Below, one piece after another: positions 1 through 7,033 of a stretch of DNA of 15,136 nt (its first letter is position 1; each line of letters opens with the position of its first letter). Both the position numbers and the translations under genes were made by a program. The stretch lies in the IMG/VR virus record IMGVR_UViG_3300022561_000387; one strand, 5' to 3'. The DNA is from a virus. The notes beneath the pieces are model-generated. The model did no database searches. It was given only the letters and a program-made list of their open reading frames with translations, and had not been told where the DNA came from.

Positions 1-127
1 AGAACTAGTGGGGTGACTGCGATTGCAACCATTAGATTACCGCCTTTTCAATGAGGATTCCGCCAGAGACGGTGATTGTCCACGAATGGATCGTGTCGTC
101 CACCGAGGTCGTGCGTTGTGCCGTTTC
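1..127. repeat. Left copy of an exact 127-bp terminal overlap, identical to 15010-15136. Marks a circular contig with a unit length of 15,009 bp.
   Basis: Base-by-base comparison shows agaactagtggggtgactgcgattgcaaccattag...gtgcgttgtgccgtttc at both ends. The repeat crosses a gene junction: the stop of ORF 32-415 overlaps the ATG of the major tail gene as TAATG. 127 nt is a common maximum k-mer of de Bruijn assemblers. Confidence 0.95.
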
Positions 128-415
128 AAATACAAATTGCTGCGAATCCCACAGCACCGTGAGCAGTTCGCCTAGCGAGGCGTCTAGCGCGTCGTCGGCC
201 TTGGTCGGGTCTTGGTGACCCGTGAACAGTTGCAGGATGTAAGAGACCTTGTAGCGTCCGCTGACTGCCGCCTGTGCGGGTACTAGGTCAGTGGCCCACA
301 GGGCGATTGTCGGGGTTGTAATGGCGCTAGGGCTGTACGGGTAGCCGATGACCTTCCAGGACGCTGGAAGGGCCGCTAGGGCCGCTAGAAGGGGTGCGCG
401 TAGGTTCGTGGTCAC
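32..415 (-). CDS. Head-tail joining protein, tail-terminator-like (127 aa)
   Basis: The ORF lies between the adaptor gene and the major tail gene. It overlaps the upstream gene by 4 nt, and its TAA overlaps the major-tail ATG across the circular junction. Size, position and sequence pattern (N-terminal LLAALAAL, small beta-rich protein) fit a tail terminator or neck protein. Function rests on synteny. Confidence 0.6.
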   Translation of the reverse strand: MTTNLRAPLLAALAALPASWKVIGYPYSPSAITTPTIALWATDLVPAQAAVSGRYKVSYILQLFTGHQDPTKADDALDASLGELLTVLWDSQQFVFETAQRTTSVDDTIHSWTITVSGGILIEKAVI

Positions 416-732
416 AGCACACGCCCGACTTTCTTGGGCCGTAGGAGGTTCTTTACGGTCCAGTCCATCGGGAACACCGTGACGCTCATTCCGTCAGCAC
501 CGATCTGATCGCCACTACCTGCAAGCTGTGAGCGGTATAGCGCTTTGGTCTGAAAGAACTGTGCGAGTTTGTAGTTATCCGGCACAACAGCACCTACGGC
601 AAGTTCAGGCGCAAAGGCGAGGCATTGCGCGTAGGCAGATGCCAGGAAAATACGCAGTTCATCGCCGCTCGGCGCGTCCAGCCAAGTAATAACGAGCGGG
701 TCTACGGTATCTAGCCAACCAACGAGAGCCAT
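412..732 (-). CDS. Head-tail adaptor/connector protein (106 aa)
   Basis: This is the first gene after the capsid gene. About 100 aa is the usual size for a gp6/gp15-type adaptor. Its C-terminal motif (VFPMDWTVKNLLRP) is typical of these proteins. It overlaps the next gene by 4 nt. Confidence 0.6.
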   Translation of the reverse strand: MALVGWLDTVDPLVITWLDAPSGDELRIFLASAYAQCLAFAPELAVGAVVPDNYKLAQFFQTKALYRSQLAGSGDQIGADGMSVTVFPMDWTVKNLLRPKKVGRVL

Positions 733-807
733 GTGTTCACCTGCCTAAGAGTGTGTGGGTGTGGAAGGTGGCGCGGGCTGAGCAGTCCCAACCCGCACCG
801 CCCAGAA

Positions 808-2346
808 TCACGGGACGTTCGGGCCAACAAGGGCTAGGCCGGACGCGTCGTGGATGTTCACGGCGTAATACCCGAACACCCCAGCGTCGATACCACCGAG
901 CGCGATGTTCTCAGCCTCGATGCGGATCGGCGCGTCACCACCGAGCTCGTGCACGGTGACGGAATCCTTGGTGCCGACCAGGACCTGGTTAGCAGCAAGA
1001 GCGGCAGACGGCTGAACGCGGAACGAGTTGATCGTTCCGTCTTCGAGACCAAGGGCCGCGTTGAGGTAGGTCAGCGTGTCATCGCTGCGGGTTAGCAGAA
1101 TGTCGCGGTAAAGGTTGAGCGCAACAAGCGCGAACGTCGGCGCGGTGTCGGTAGCACCGAGAACCCGGATAGCGCCGTCAACGATCTGCGCCATGCCCTT
1201 GGAAACGCCAGCAGGAACAACGGCACCGGCAACGGCGGCACCAGCGGCGGTGATGACATTGCCGAGAACGGCGGTGTCAGAAACCTTGGCATAGGACTCG
1301 GTCATTGCGCGGTAGTAGGCCTCCCAAAAACCGGTGTCGTTGAAGTCGCGGAACTTGCGGTCAATGTCGTGAGCACCAGCAATGCGCGACGCGGTAAGCG
1401 GCACAGGCTCGGTGTCCACGATGTTGGACGGCACGGCGGTCTTGTTTCCCGCGTACGCGGCAACGGTGGGCTTGGTAACCCAGCGCCAGCCCTGAACCGT
1501 CAGCGAGGAAAGGTCAGCGTGGTTGAACAGCGGGACAATCTTGCGCTGGAATGCCTTGCCCGACCACAGTTCGCCAACAAACTGCGGCTGAGTCATCTCC
1601 ACGACGTTCGCGGGAACGATATCGGCTAGCGCAGCGAGCATCTTGCGGTTGCCCGTGGCGTTAGCCGTGGCAAGCATGGTGAAGATTGCGTTAGCGGAGA
1701 GGTCGCTAGCAATCTCGGGAACGTTCGCGGCCTGTAGGCCCTGCGGCGCTGAGGCAGTTACGGGGATCATATTCGTTTCCTTTTCTGCCGTGGCGGCATT
1801 TGGGTCCACAACCGGATCGGTGGTGGGGTCGGTCGGCACAACGGCCTCGGTGAGGTCTTTGAGTGCCTTGGTAAGTGCGTCAATAACGGATTGGGCCGCG
1901 TCAGCGGGGATATCGCCAGCGTCAGCAGCTACGAGTTGAGCGGACTTGAACGCGGGGTTCGTGACAAACCCCGCACCGCTGAGAGCGCCACCGATAAGGG
2001 CACCTGCGCGGATGATCGGGTCGTCAATCTCGACCGAGATACCGGTGCGGACACCCTCGGACGCCTCGATTAGGAGGTCGTTGCCAGACGTGGTGTTAAG
2101 AATCCGTAGCGAGGCCCGTAGGCCGTCGTCAGATTCCGTCAGCGAGATGAACTTCGCGACCGGCTTTGTGCTGTCGTGCTCCATGTTGGCTACCAGCGTG
2201 GCCGCATCGGGAAGGGTGAGCGTGCCCTTGCTTGCAGTGATCTTTCCTACATTCGTGTGCCCCTCTTCACCGAACGGAAGCAGCATATAATCCAGGATTC
2301 GGGTGTCTGCATTGGCCTTTAGTAGGAGGCCTTGTACCTTAATCAT
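808..2346 (-). CDS. Fused prohead protease (S78/HK97-type), scaffold-like linker and HK97-fold major capsid protein (512 aa)
   Basis: The N-terminal ~140 aa carry S78 hallmarks: His57 in NMEHD, Ser104 in TGISVE 47 residues later, and the domain end GFVTNPAFKSAQLV. Residues ~150-192 form a helical segment plus a PTDPTTDPVVDP linker. The C-terminal ~320 aa have capsid size and position. There is no separate protease, scaffold or MCP gene. GAGGA lies 9 nt upstream of the ATG. Confidence 0.85.
   Translation of the reverse strand: MIKVQGLLLKANADTRILDYMLLPFGEEGHTNVGKITASKGTLTLPDAATLVANMEHDSTKPVAKFISLTESDDGLRASLRILNTTSGNDLLIEASEGVRTGISVEIDDPIIRAGALIGGALSGAGFVTNPAFKSAQLVAADAGDIPADAAQSVIDALTKALKDLTEAVVPTDPTTDPVVDPNAATAEKETNMIPVTASAPQGLQAANVPEIASDLSANAIFTMLATANATGNRKMLAALADIVPANVVEMTQPQFVGELWSGKAFQRKIVPLFNHADLSSLTVQGWRWVTKPTVAAYAGNKTAVPSNIVDTEPVPLTASRIAGAHDIDRKFRDFNDTGFWEAYYRAMTESYAKVSDTAVLGNVITAAGAAVAGAVVPAGVSKGMAQIVDGAIRVLGATDTAPTFALVALNLYRDILLTRSDDTLTYLNAALGLEDGTINSFRVQPSAALAANQVLVGTKDSVTVHELGGDAPIRIEAENIALGGIDAGVFGYYAVNIHDASGLALVGPNVP
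1768..1788 (-). promoter_or_regulatory. Internal Shine-Dalgarno plus in-frame ATG (Met193) at the linker/capsid boundary
   Basis: The minus strand reads GCAGAAAAGGAAACGAAT-ATG. AAGGA lies 7 nt upstream of the ATG at 1770-1768, in a locally AT-rich patch. Initiation here would give a 320-aa capsid-only product. Confidence 0.4.
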
Positions 2347-2351
2347 TCTTT

Positions 2352-3410
2352 CTAGTCCTCAACAATCGGGCCGATGCCCTTATCGGGAAAATCGGTAAGT
2401 GCGGATAGATCAAACGCAATAGACGTGCCTCGCGTTGAGATGTCATCGAGCGAGAAGCGCTCTTCTAGCGGGAGTGCCCACGAACGGAGCGTGTAGTCGT
2501 GGAATTCATTTCGCTTGACGCCGGTGTTCGCGTAGTTAATGGACGACGAGCTGATGTTGCTGGCGTCTAGCAGGATCGCGGGGATGTTCGTGAACCGCGC
2601 GATGTCAAGAGCGGCGTTGTTGCGGCCCTCGACAAATAGGTTCAGGCCCGCGTCCCCTTGTGCGTTGACCGTGAAGCCCTTGGGCGTGACCATGACAACG
2701 CCGTCAACGTCTTGGCGAGCCAACACGTACTTGGCGCGGATATCGCGCATCTCAACGTCGGTAAGGTCCTCGTCGCCGTCATAAGAAATCTCGACAATGG
2801 GCGTGGGGTTCTTGACCCGTGCGCTCCATTGGTCCTCTAGCGCGATAGCACCCCGGATAGTGCGAGCAGCGGCGGTTAGCAGGCCCTCGAACGGCCCTGG
2901 AATGAGAACAACCTCTTCGGCAGGTGCGGGCTTGTTGTCAACGAGCACCTGGCCGTTGTTGTCAAACTTCCACCGTTCCATCGGCACGCGAGCCGCGTCC
3001 AGAATTGAGCCGTCAGCACCGCGCTTGGTAGATACGAGCGACCACCCGAAAAACAGGAGGTCGTCGAGAATCCACATCGCCCGCAAGCGAGGCCCAATGG
3101 CGGTGTCGGTGCGATACAGCCAGGACGGTTGTACGGGGACCTCTACGCCGCCCTTGTATGCCTTCAGCGGCTGTCTGGCGAGGGTTTCGCAGATGAGGTG
3201 TCGCGCCTTTGCGACAGCGGGCACAGACATCGCCTGTGCGCGGGTGACGGTCTGGGTGTCAACGCCGAGTAGGTCGTTAACAACGATTGTGTTTAGACTA
3301 GAAGGACCAGCCCACGGCGATACCACACCGCGCGTGGCGGTGCTAATGCCTGTGTTGACTATTTGGTCGGCAGCCTGCGTCAAACCTAGCCAAGAGAATA
3401 TGCTCATCAC
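2352..3410 (-). CDS. Portal protein (352 aa; first codon GTG at 3410, ATG at 3407)
   Basis: The gene lies directly between TerL and the protease-capsid gene, the canonical portal position. Its size fits a small HK97-type portal. Confidence 0.75.
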   Translation of the reverse strand: MMSIFSWLGLTQAADQIVNTGISTATRGVVSPWAGPSSLNTIVVNDLLGVDTQTVTRAQAMSVPAVAKARHLICETLARQPLKAYKGGVEVPVQPSWLYRTDTAIGPRLRAMWILDDLLFFGWSLVSTKRGADGSILDAARVPMERWKFDNNGQVLVDNKPAPAEEVVLIPGPFEGLLTAAARTIRGAIALEDQWSARVKNPTPIVEISYDGDEDLTDVEMRDIRAKYVLARQDVDGVVMVTPKGFTVNAQGDAGLNLFVEGRNNAALDIARFTNIPAILLDASNISSSSINYANTGVKRNEFHDYTLRSWALPLEERFSLDDISTRGTSIAFDLSALTDFPDKGIGPIVED

Positions 3411-3447
3411 TAGTTAATACGACACAAGCCGCCGACCTGCGGGTTTA

Positions 3448-4890
3448 CTACATTGCAATAGAAATCGGCACACGCTCCTTTGTTTTGTCATACTGCCAAA
3501 GCGCTAGGGACGCCGCAACAATGGGGTTGATAGCACCGCCGCTATTGTCCTTCACGCCGAACGCACGGCCCGACTTAGCCACGTTCCGCCATGACGCATT
3601 AGCCACCGCAGCCTCTAGGTCGCTCTGCCCGAAGTGCCGCAAGGTGCCATTGTCGATCTCGCTTGTAATGCGTTGAGCGGCACCGAGGATGTCATTCATG
3701 GTTAGGCGTTGCGTTTTAGGCGTCGGTTTCATCGTCAGCATGGCGTTTACAGGGTCGAAGTTTGCCCCGATGCCGTCATACGCCACCGCGTAGCGTTTGT
3801 GGTCCTGTTGTGCCTTGTGTGCCACCCGAGCGAGCCACGACGTACCTAGGCGGTGCGCCACCACCTCAATGACCGCGTTACCGTCAGCGTCCCGCCAGGC
3901 GTACGCAAGGGAAGCGCTAGAGCCGTCATAGGCACAGTCAAACGCCATGCCTACGCGGTCGGGTCGTTCGCTGGCTTCTGTCTCGCCGTTGTGCCACTTC
4001 TCGGGATCGATAGCGAGCGTCGTGCTGTTTGTGGGGAACCTGCATAAGTATTCACGCTCGAATTGCGGCAGTTGCATCTTTGTGAAGCGTTGTTGCATCT
4101 TGACCATTGTGGTCAGCGTGCCGACGCCAGGATGCACACGCTTGAATACCTCGACGTTGAGGATCGGCACAGCCGACTCGTCATCGTCCGGGTAGATCAC
4201 CGACGCCTCAGAATCACGGATTGAGTAGTCCACAATGCCCGTACCCGGCTCACCGGCCCGGCCCTCTTGCAAGGTGTCCCACAGCAGACCCGCACGGCTT
4301 TTAGCAGGCGTGCCCGCAATGATGACCTGGCCCTGTGGGCGGGTATCCATGAGCGGTAGCGCACCCGATAGCAGGTCCTCGCTTTTCTCGGGGTCGTATT
4401 CTCCCGCCTCGTCAAAGAGCATGGTGTCGGCCGCCTCGGAACGGAACGACGCGGCGTTGGGTGCCACGACCCACAGCCGCGATCCGTTGGCGAATTCAAA
4501 GGCTTCTGACCCGTTCGCCCATCGGATCGTATTTCCGGTGCCCTCATCGTCCCAGCCGTTAGCAGCGAGCATACGGGCGTGCTCGCGGAACTTGTTTCGT
4601 GCAAGCTGTCCGTTCTGCGCGGTCGTCACCACCTTGTAATCCGGTATCAGTGTCATGCGGCCCAACAGCACAGCCCAGATTGAGGTCGTTTTCTGCGACC
4701 GACGCGGCAAGAGAATTACGGTCGTCGGGTACAGCGGCAAGCCGTCGGCGTCCTTAGCCTCCAGCACACGCGCCACGTTCAATCCTTGTTCAAACAAGGG
4801 CAACCCAAGAAGGGCCGAACCGACTTGCGCCGAAGTGAGATCGGTGTCCTCGGGAACGAAACTGATATGGGTTGGTATTGCGTTGGTCAT
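3448..4890 (-). CDS. terL: Terminase large subunit (480 aa)
   Basis: Walker-A-like LPRRSQKTTS and Walker-B-like TMLFDEAGEY are present. The C-terminal half has RNaseH-like nuclease acidic motifs (MAFDCAYDGSSASLAYAW). The gene precedes the portal gene. Confidence 0.9.
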   Translation of the reverse strand: MTNAIPTHISFVPEDTDLTSAQVGSALLGLPLFEQGLNVARVLEAKDADGLPLYPTTVILLPRRSQKTTSIWAVLLGRMTLIPDYKVVTTAQNGQLARNKFREHARMLAANGWDDEGTGNTIRWANGSEAFEFANGSRLWVVAPNAASFRSEAADTMLFDEAGEYDPEKSEDLLSGALPLMDTRPQGQVIIAGTPAKSRAGLLWDTLQEGRAGEPGTGIVDYSIRDSEASVIYPDDDESAVPILNVEVFKRVHPGVGTLTTMVKMQQRFTKMQLPQFEREYLCRFPTNSTTLAIDPEKWHNGETEASERPDRVGMAFDCAYDGSSASLAYAWRDADGNAVIEVVAHRLGTSWLARVAHKAQQDHKRYAVAYDGIGANFDPVNAMLTMKPTPKTQRLTMNDILGAAQRITSEIDNGTLRHFGQSDLEAAVANASWRNVAKSGRAFGVKDNSGGAINPIVAASLALWQYDKTKERVPISIAM

Positions 4891-5321
4891 GGCTGAACCT
4901 TGCTTAAGAGGGAGGGAAAGAGAGCGGAAAGCGAGCGCGGGCTATCACCAGTTCCTGAAAAACCACACTCAGACTCACGTAACGGCCTCTGTCGCTGACT
5001 TAACGCCTTGGCAGGTACGGTTTGACCTGCCAGTTTTCTACTGGCCTTGTAGCGGGCTCTGTTGTACGCGACTCGACACATACCCTTCGCATACAATGGC
5101 GCGTCACAACCAAGGTCACTGCACCCACCAGCATTGCGTGACTGTGCCTTGTTCAGCCCTATCCGTGGCGGTACATAGTCATGCTCTGTCGCCCTGTGTG
5201 CCAGCACAGCAACAACACCTACCGCCTCATCCCAGCAGAGCAGCCGCCACGCACAGGCACGGACACCGCACACGACCACGATGGATTCATCCGTGGTATC
5301 CAACCAATACCGCACCATCAC
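4887..5321 (-). CDS. Cys-rich DNA-binding protein in the small-terminase position (144 aa; GTG 5321 or ATG 5318)
   Basis: The ORF is coupled to HNH upstream (TGATG) and to terL downstream (ATGA). It has two Cys clusters: CGVRACAWRLLC, and CSDLGCDAPLYAKGMCRVAYNRARY of the C-x4-C...C-x2-HY/AY type seen in actinophage HNH-associated proteins. Function rests on synteny only. The 3' 150 nt have atypical composition. Confidence 0.4.
   Translation of the reverse strand: MMVRYWLDTTDESIVVVCGVRACAWRLLCWDEAVGVVAVLAHRATEHDYVPPRIGLNKAQSRNAGGCSDLGCDAPLYAKGMCRVAYNRARYKASRKLAGQTVPAKALSQRQRPLRESECGFSGTGDSPRSLSALFPSLLSKVQP
5009..5032. other. Perfect 8-bp stem-loop inside the 3' part of ORF 4887-5321
   Basis: TGGCAGGT (5009-5016) pairs with ACCTGCCA (5025-5032) across an 8-nt loop. 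It is followed on the plus strand by GTTTTCT. Confidence 0.5.
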
Positions 5322-5692
5322 AGACCCCTTATCCCGCGTGCACGTTCGCTATCAAGTCGGACCACAGTTGCAGGCCGAGCCCCATTGGTTCGTGCCGCAC
5401 CGAGCCTGCCGCCTGCGCTGTAATTGCAATGGGCACACTCGGGCCATTGGTTGTTCACGTCCGTGACTGACCCACCGCGTGCGCGGTCGATGATGTGGCC
5501 CACTGTCCACTTGCTATCGCGCGTCAGCATCTTTCCGCACCCAGGACGCCAGCATGGCAGCGGCAATAGCGGTGCCCAATAGGCACGAGCCGTACTGACC
5601 TTGCGCCCTGACCACGCGCCCTTACTCACAGCGCACCCGCTACCAGCGAGACAACAGCGACTAGGCCACCCGTGAGCACGGTGAGCGCACAC
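5318..5692 (-). CDS. HNH endonuclease (124 aa from GTG 5692; true start uncertain)
   Basis: The HNH core is WTVGHIIDRARGGSVTDVNNQWPECAHCNYSAG, preceded by CWRPGCG. Its position just upstream of the terminase genes is typical of HNH-assisted cos packaging. Confidence 0.85.
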   Translation of the reverse strand: MCAHRAHGWPSRCCLAGSGCAVSKGAWSGRKVSTARAYWAPLLPLPCWRPGCGKMLTRDSKWTVGHIIDRARGGSVTDVNNQWPECAHCNYSAGGRLGAARTNGARPATVVRLDSERARGIRGL

Positions 5693-5737
5693 GCATCTAG
5701 CACAGCGGTGAGCAGTTCATTGTCACTACCCTGGCGC

Positions 5738-6040
5738 TTAGACATCGAAGCCCGCTTCGATAAGCGCCTCTAGCGACACTGTGTTCTTTAGCCGACGCAC
5801 GTTGTCTGTGCGTCCCACCAGCCGCCGCATCTCATCTGCGTATGCCCACGCAAGCGCCTTGTTTGAGTAGGACAGCCATGCACCAGCACGGGCCGTATCG
5901 AACCCCTTGGCACACGCAGCAAGGGCCTCTAGCCCTGCGCTCTCTAGGTCGTCGCCTGCGTAGGCGCGGCCATGCGAGCGGGCAAACGCTCGTGCGCGGG
6001 TGGTGTTGCGCTTGATGTCATCTTTCGTTACGTCATACAT
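5738..6040 (-). CDS. Small sigma-70 region-2-like protein (100 aa from ATG 6040; the ORF track extends it to 6154)
   Basis: DDLESAGLEALAACAKGFDTARAGAWLSYSNKALAWAYADEMRR follows the sigma region 2.1-2.4 pattern (DL.QEG..GL..A...FD...G..F..YA..WIR). The protein ends about 25 aa later and has no region 4. The 6041-6154 extension is AT-rich and contains an operator-like palindrome, so the internal ATG is preferred. Confidence 0.5.
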   Translation of the reverse strand: MYDVTKDDIKRNTTRARAFARSHGRAYAGDDLESAGLEALAACAKGFDTARAGAWLSYSNKALAWAYADEMRRLVGRTDNVRRLKNTVSLEALIEAGFDV

Positions 6041-6140
6041 AGTCGAACCGTTACTTTCTATTCGTGCTTCCCTATCTCTAATTCTATCACGGTTTTTGAC
6101 TTTTTCGTCAGAGTGTGGTATAGCGCAAACCACGTACTTC

Positions 6141-6156
6141 GTATATCCCGACATAC
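6141..6156. promoter_or_regulatory. Operator-like palindrome copy 1 (GTATATC-CC-GACATAC, one mismatch)
   Basis: The 18-nt block CGTATATCCCGA(C/T)ATACA occurs at 6140-6157 and 6380-6397. This copy starts 101 nt upstream of the ATG at 6040. Confidence 0.6.
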
Positions 6157-6160
6157 AGTT

Positions 6161-6339
6161 TCTGACTTTAAGTTCGCCAGCAGTCTGGCAACCTTACGGA
6201 TTTGCAACGCTCTGACCTGCACAAACGTAAGTTTTAAGTTTCATACCCCTATACCTATCCTACGAATAGGTATTAAAGAGTGAAAGTAAGTGAAAACTTG
6301 AATCATGCCTCTGACCTGGGAAAACGCTTCAAGTTCGCC
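6161..6339. repeat. Iteron-like direct repeats TCTGAC(C/T)T...AAGTT
   Basis: TCTGAC occurs at 6161, 6211 and 6310 (spacings 50 and 99 bp), with an inverted copy at 6107-6112. CTCTGACCTG-NNN-AAACG occurs at 6210-6227 and 6309-6326 (15/18 identical). AAGTTCGCC occurs at 6170-6178 and 6331-6339. Confidence 0.6.
6251..6273. repeat. Perfect 8-bp inverted repeat in the AT-rich core
   Basis: ATACCTAT (6251-6258) and ATAGGTAT (6266-6273) are separated by a 7-bp spacer. Confidence 0.6.
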
Positions 6340-6380
6340 GGGAACCTCGCCGGATCAAACTGCTAAGTCGCTGTAACAAC

Positions 6381-6396
6381 GTATATCCCGATATAC
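6381..6396. promoter_or_regulatory. Operator-like palindrome copy 2 (GTATATC-CC-GATATAC, perfect)
   Basis: The 7-bp arms are perfect with a 2-bp spacer. The site lies exactly 240 bp from copy 1 and ends 104 nt upstream of the ATG at 6500. A degenerate half-site (CCGTATATGGAC on the minus strand) lies at 6418-6429. Confidence 0.6.
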
Positions 6397-6499
6397 ACAA
6401 TGTATGTTTAGTGGCCCGTCCATATACGGTTTTTTACTGGTAAGATTGTTTTATCAGTTCGGTTGACCTACCGGACACCAAGAGAAAAGGATCTACAAC

Positions 6500-7033
6500 A
6501 TGAGCACACACAAGGAACAGCTACTAGCCCGCATCACGGAGACCCTAGAGACGCTGGTAGACAGCATCTTCGAGTGGGACAGCACGCCCGAAGAGGTGAA
6601 GGCACAGCACGCAGCGCTGAGCGTACGGCTAGACAACGTGGCTGACGCCTACCTCACGGACCTTCTAGTGCGGTGGCTACCTGTCGCCGCCATTGAATGG
6701 ATGACCGACCCGATCGACAGTGACGACAAGACGCCTGAGCAGTGGATCGGCAAGCGCGTATCTACCCTAGTGGTGGACGAGATCACCAGCAACGTGCCGC
6801 TTAACAACCGCCCGTTCGTGCGGTCCCTCAAGGCTGACTTTCGCAGCGGCATGACGGTCGCACAGGTGGCCGCTGAGCACGGCGGCACGGTACAGCGTCT
6901 AGAGGCGTTCCTTGCCCGCCACAACGCGCTAGCAGCCTCGGAAGCACCTGAGACCTGGGACTCGGTTTACAAGCGCACTACAGACCGCACGCGCGTTGTT
7001 ACGTGGGATGAACTAATGGCGGAAAGCAAGTGA
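6500..7033 (+). CDS. Hypothetical early protein with a C-terminal helix-turn-helix (177 aa); candidate regulator or recombination directionality factor
   Basis: A good SD (GAAAAGGA) precedes the ATG. The gene is coupled to the next gene by a GTGA overlap. FRSGMTVAQVAAEHGGTVQRLEAFLARH looks like a resolvase/IS-type HTH. The function is not established. Confidence 0.55.
   Translation: MSTHKEQLLARITETLETLVDSIFEWDSTPEEVKAQHAALSVRLDNVADAYLTDLLVRWLPVAAIEWMTDPIDSDDKTPEQWIGKRVSTLVVDEITSNVPLNNRPFVRSLKADFRSGMTVAQVAAEHGGTVQRLEAFLARHNALAASEAPETWDSVYKRTTDRTRVVTWDELMAESK

Larger units (their letters stand above)
6041..6499. promoter_or_regulatory. Divergent control region and candidate replication origin between the two transcription units
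   Basis: This is the only long non-coding, AT-rich stretch in the genome, and genes diverge from it. It is dense in palindromes and phased direct repeats. -10-like hexamers are TAGAAT on the minus strand (6086-6081) and TAAGAT on the plus strand (6441-6446). GAAAAGGA lies 10 nt before the ATG at 6500. Confidence 0.7.

Noticed and set aside
1-127. The 127-bp terminal direct repeat as a physical phage DTR, an LTR, or the ends of a mobile element
   Set aside because: The repeat is exact and lies inside coding sequence, across a coupled gene junction. Its length matches a common assembler k-mer. A circular-contig overlap is the simpler reading, although read-level data would be needed to exclude a true DTR.
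767-802. Possible attenuator hairpin between the capsid gene stop and the adaptor gene start
   Set aside because: The arms GGTGGCGCGGG and CCCGCACCGCC pair with two mismatch or wobble positions, one of them an A-C mismatch on the transcribed strand. The loop is 14 nt and there is no U-tract. That is too weak to call.
5671-5713. Three copies of (C)GGTGAGC / CGTGAGC near the sigma-like/HNH junction
   Set aside because: The motif is only 6-8 nt long in GC-rich DNA and lies partly inside the HNH ORF. This is consistent with chance.
6041-6154. N-terminal 38-aa extension of the sigma-like ORF (ORF track start at 6154)
   Set aside because: The extension is AT-rich, Lys/Arg/Asp-rich filler. It contains the operator-like palindrome and a TAGAAT -10-like hexamer. 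The internal ATG at 6040 still gives a complete region-2-like domain and mirrors the spacing of the opposite operon. The longer form cannot be excluded without start-site mapping.
6305-6376. 23-codon plus-strand micro-ORF (MPLTWENASSSPGTSPDQTAKSL) in a GC-richer island of the control region; other 16-22-codon ORFs occur on both strands
   Set aside because: It has no convincing SD and its sequence overlaps the iteron-like repeat. Such short ORFs are expected by chance. It is noted only as a possible leader peptide or ncRNA locus.
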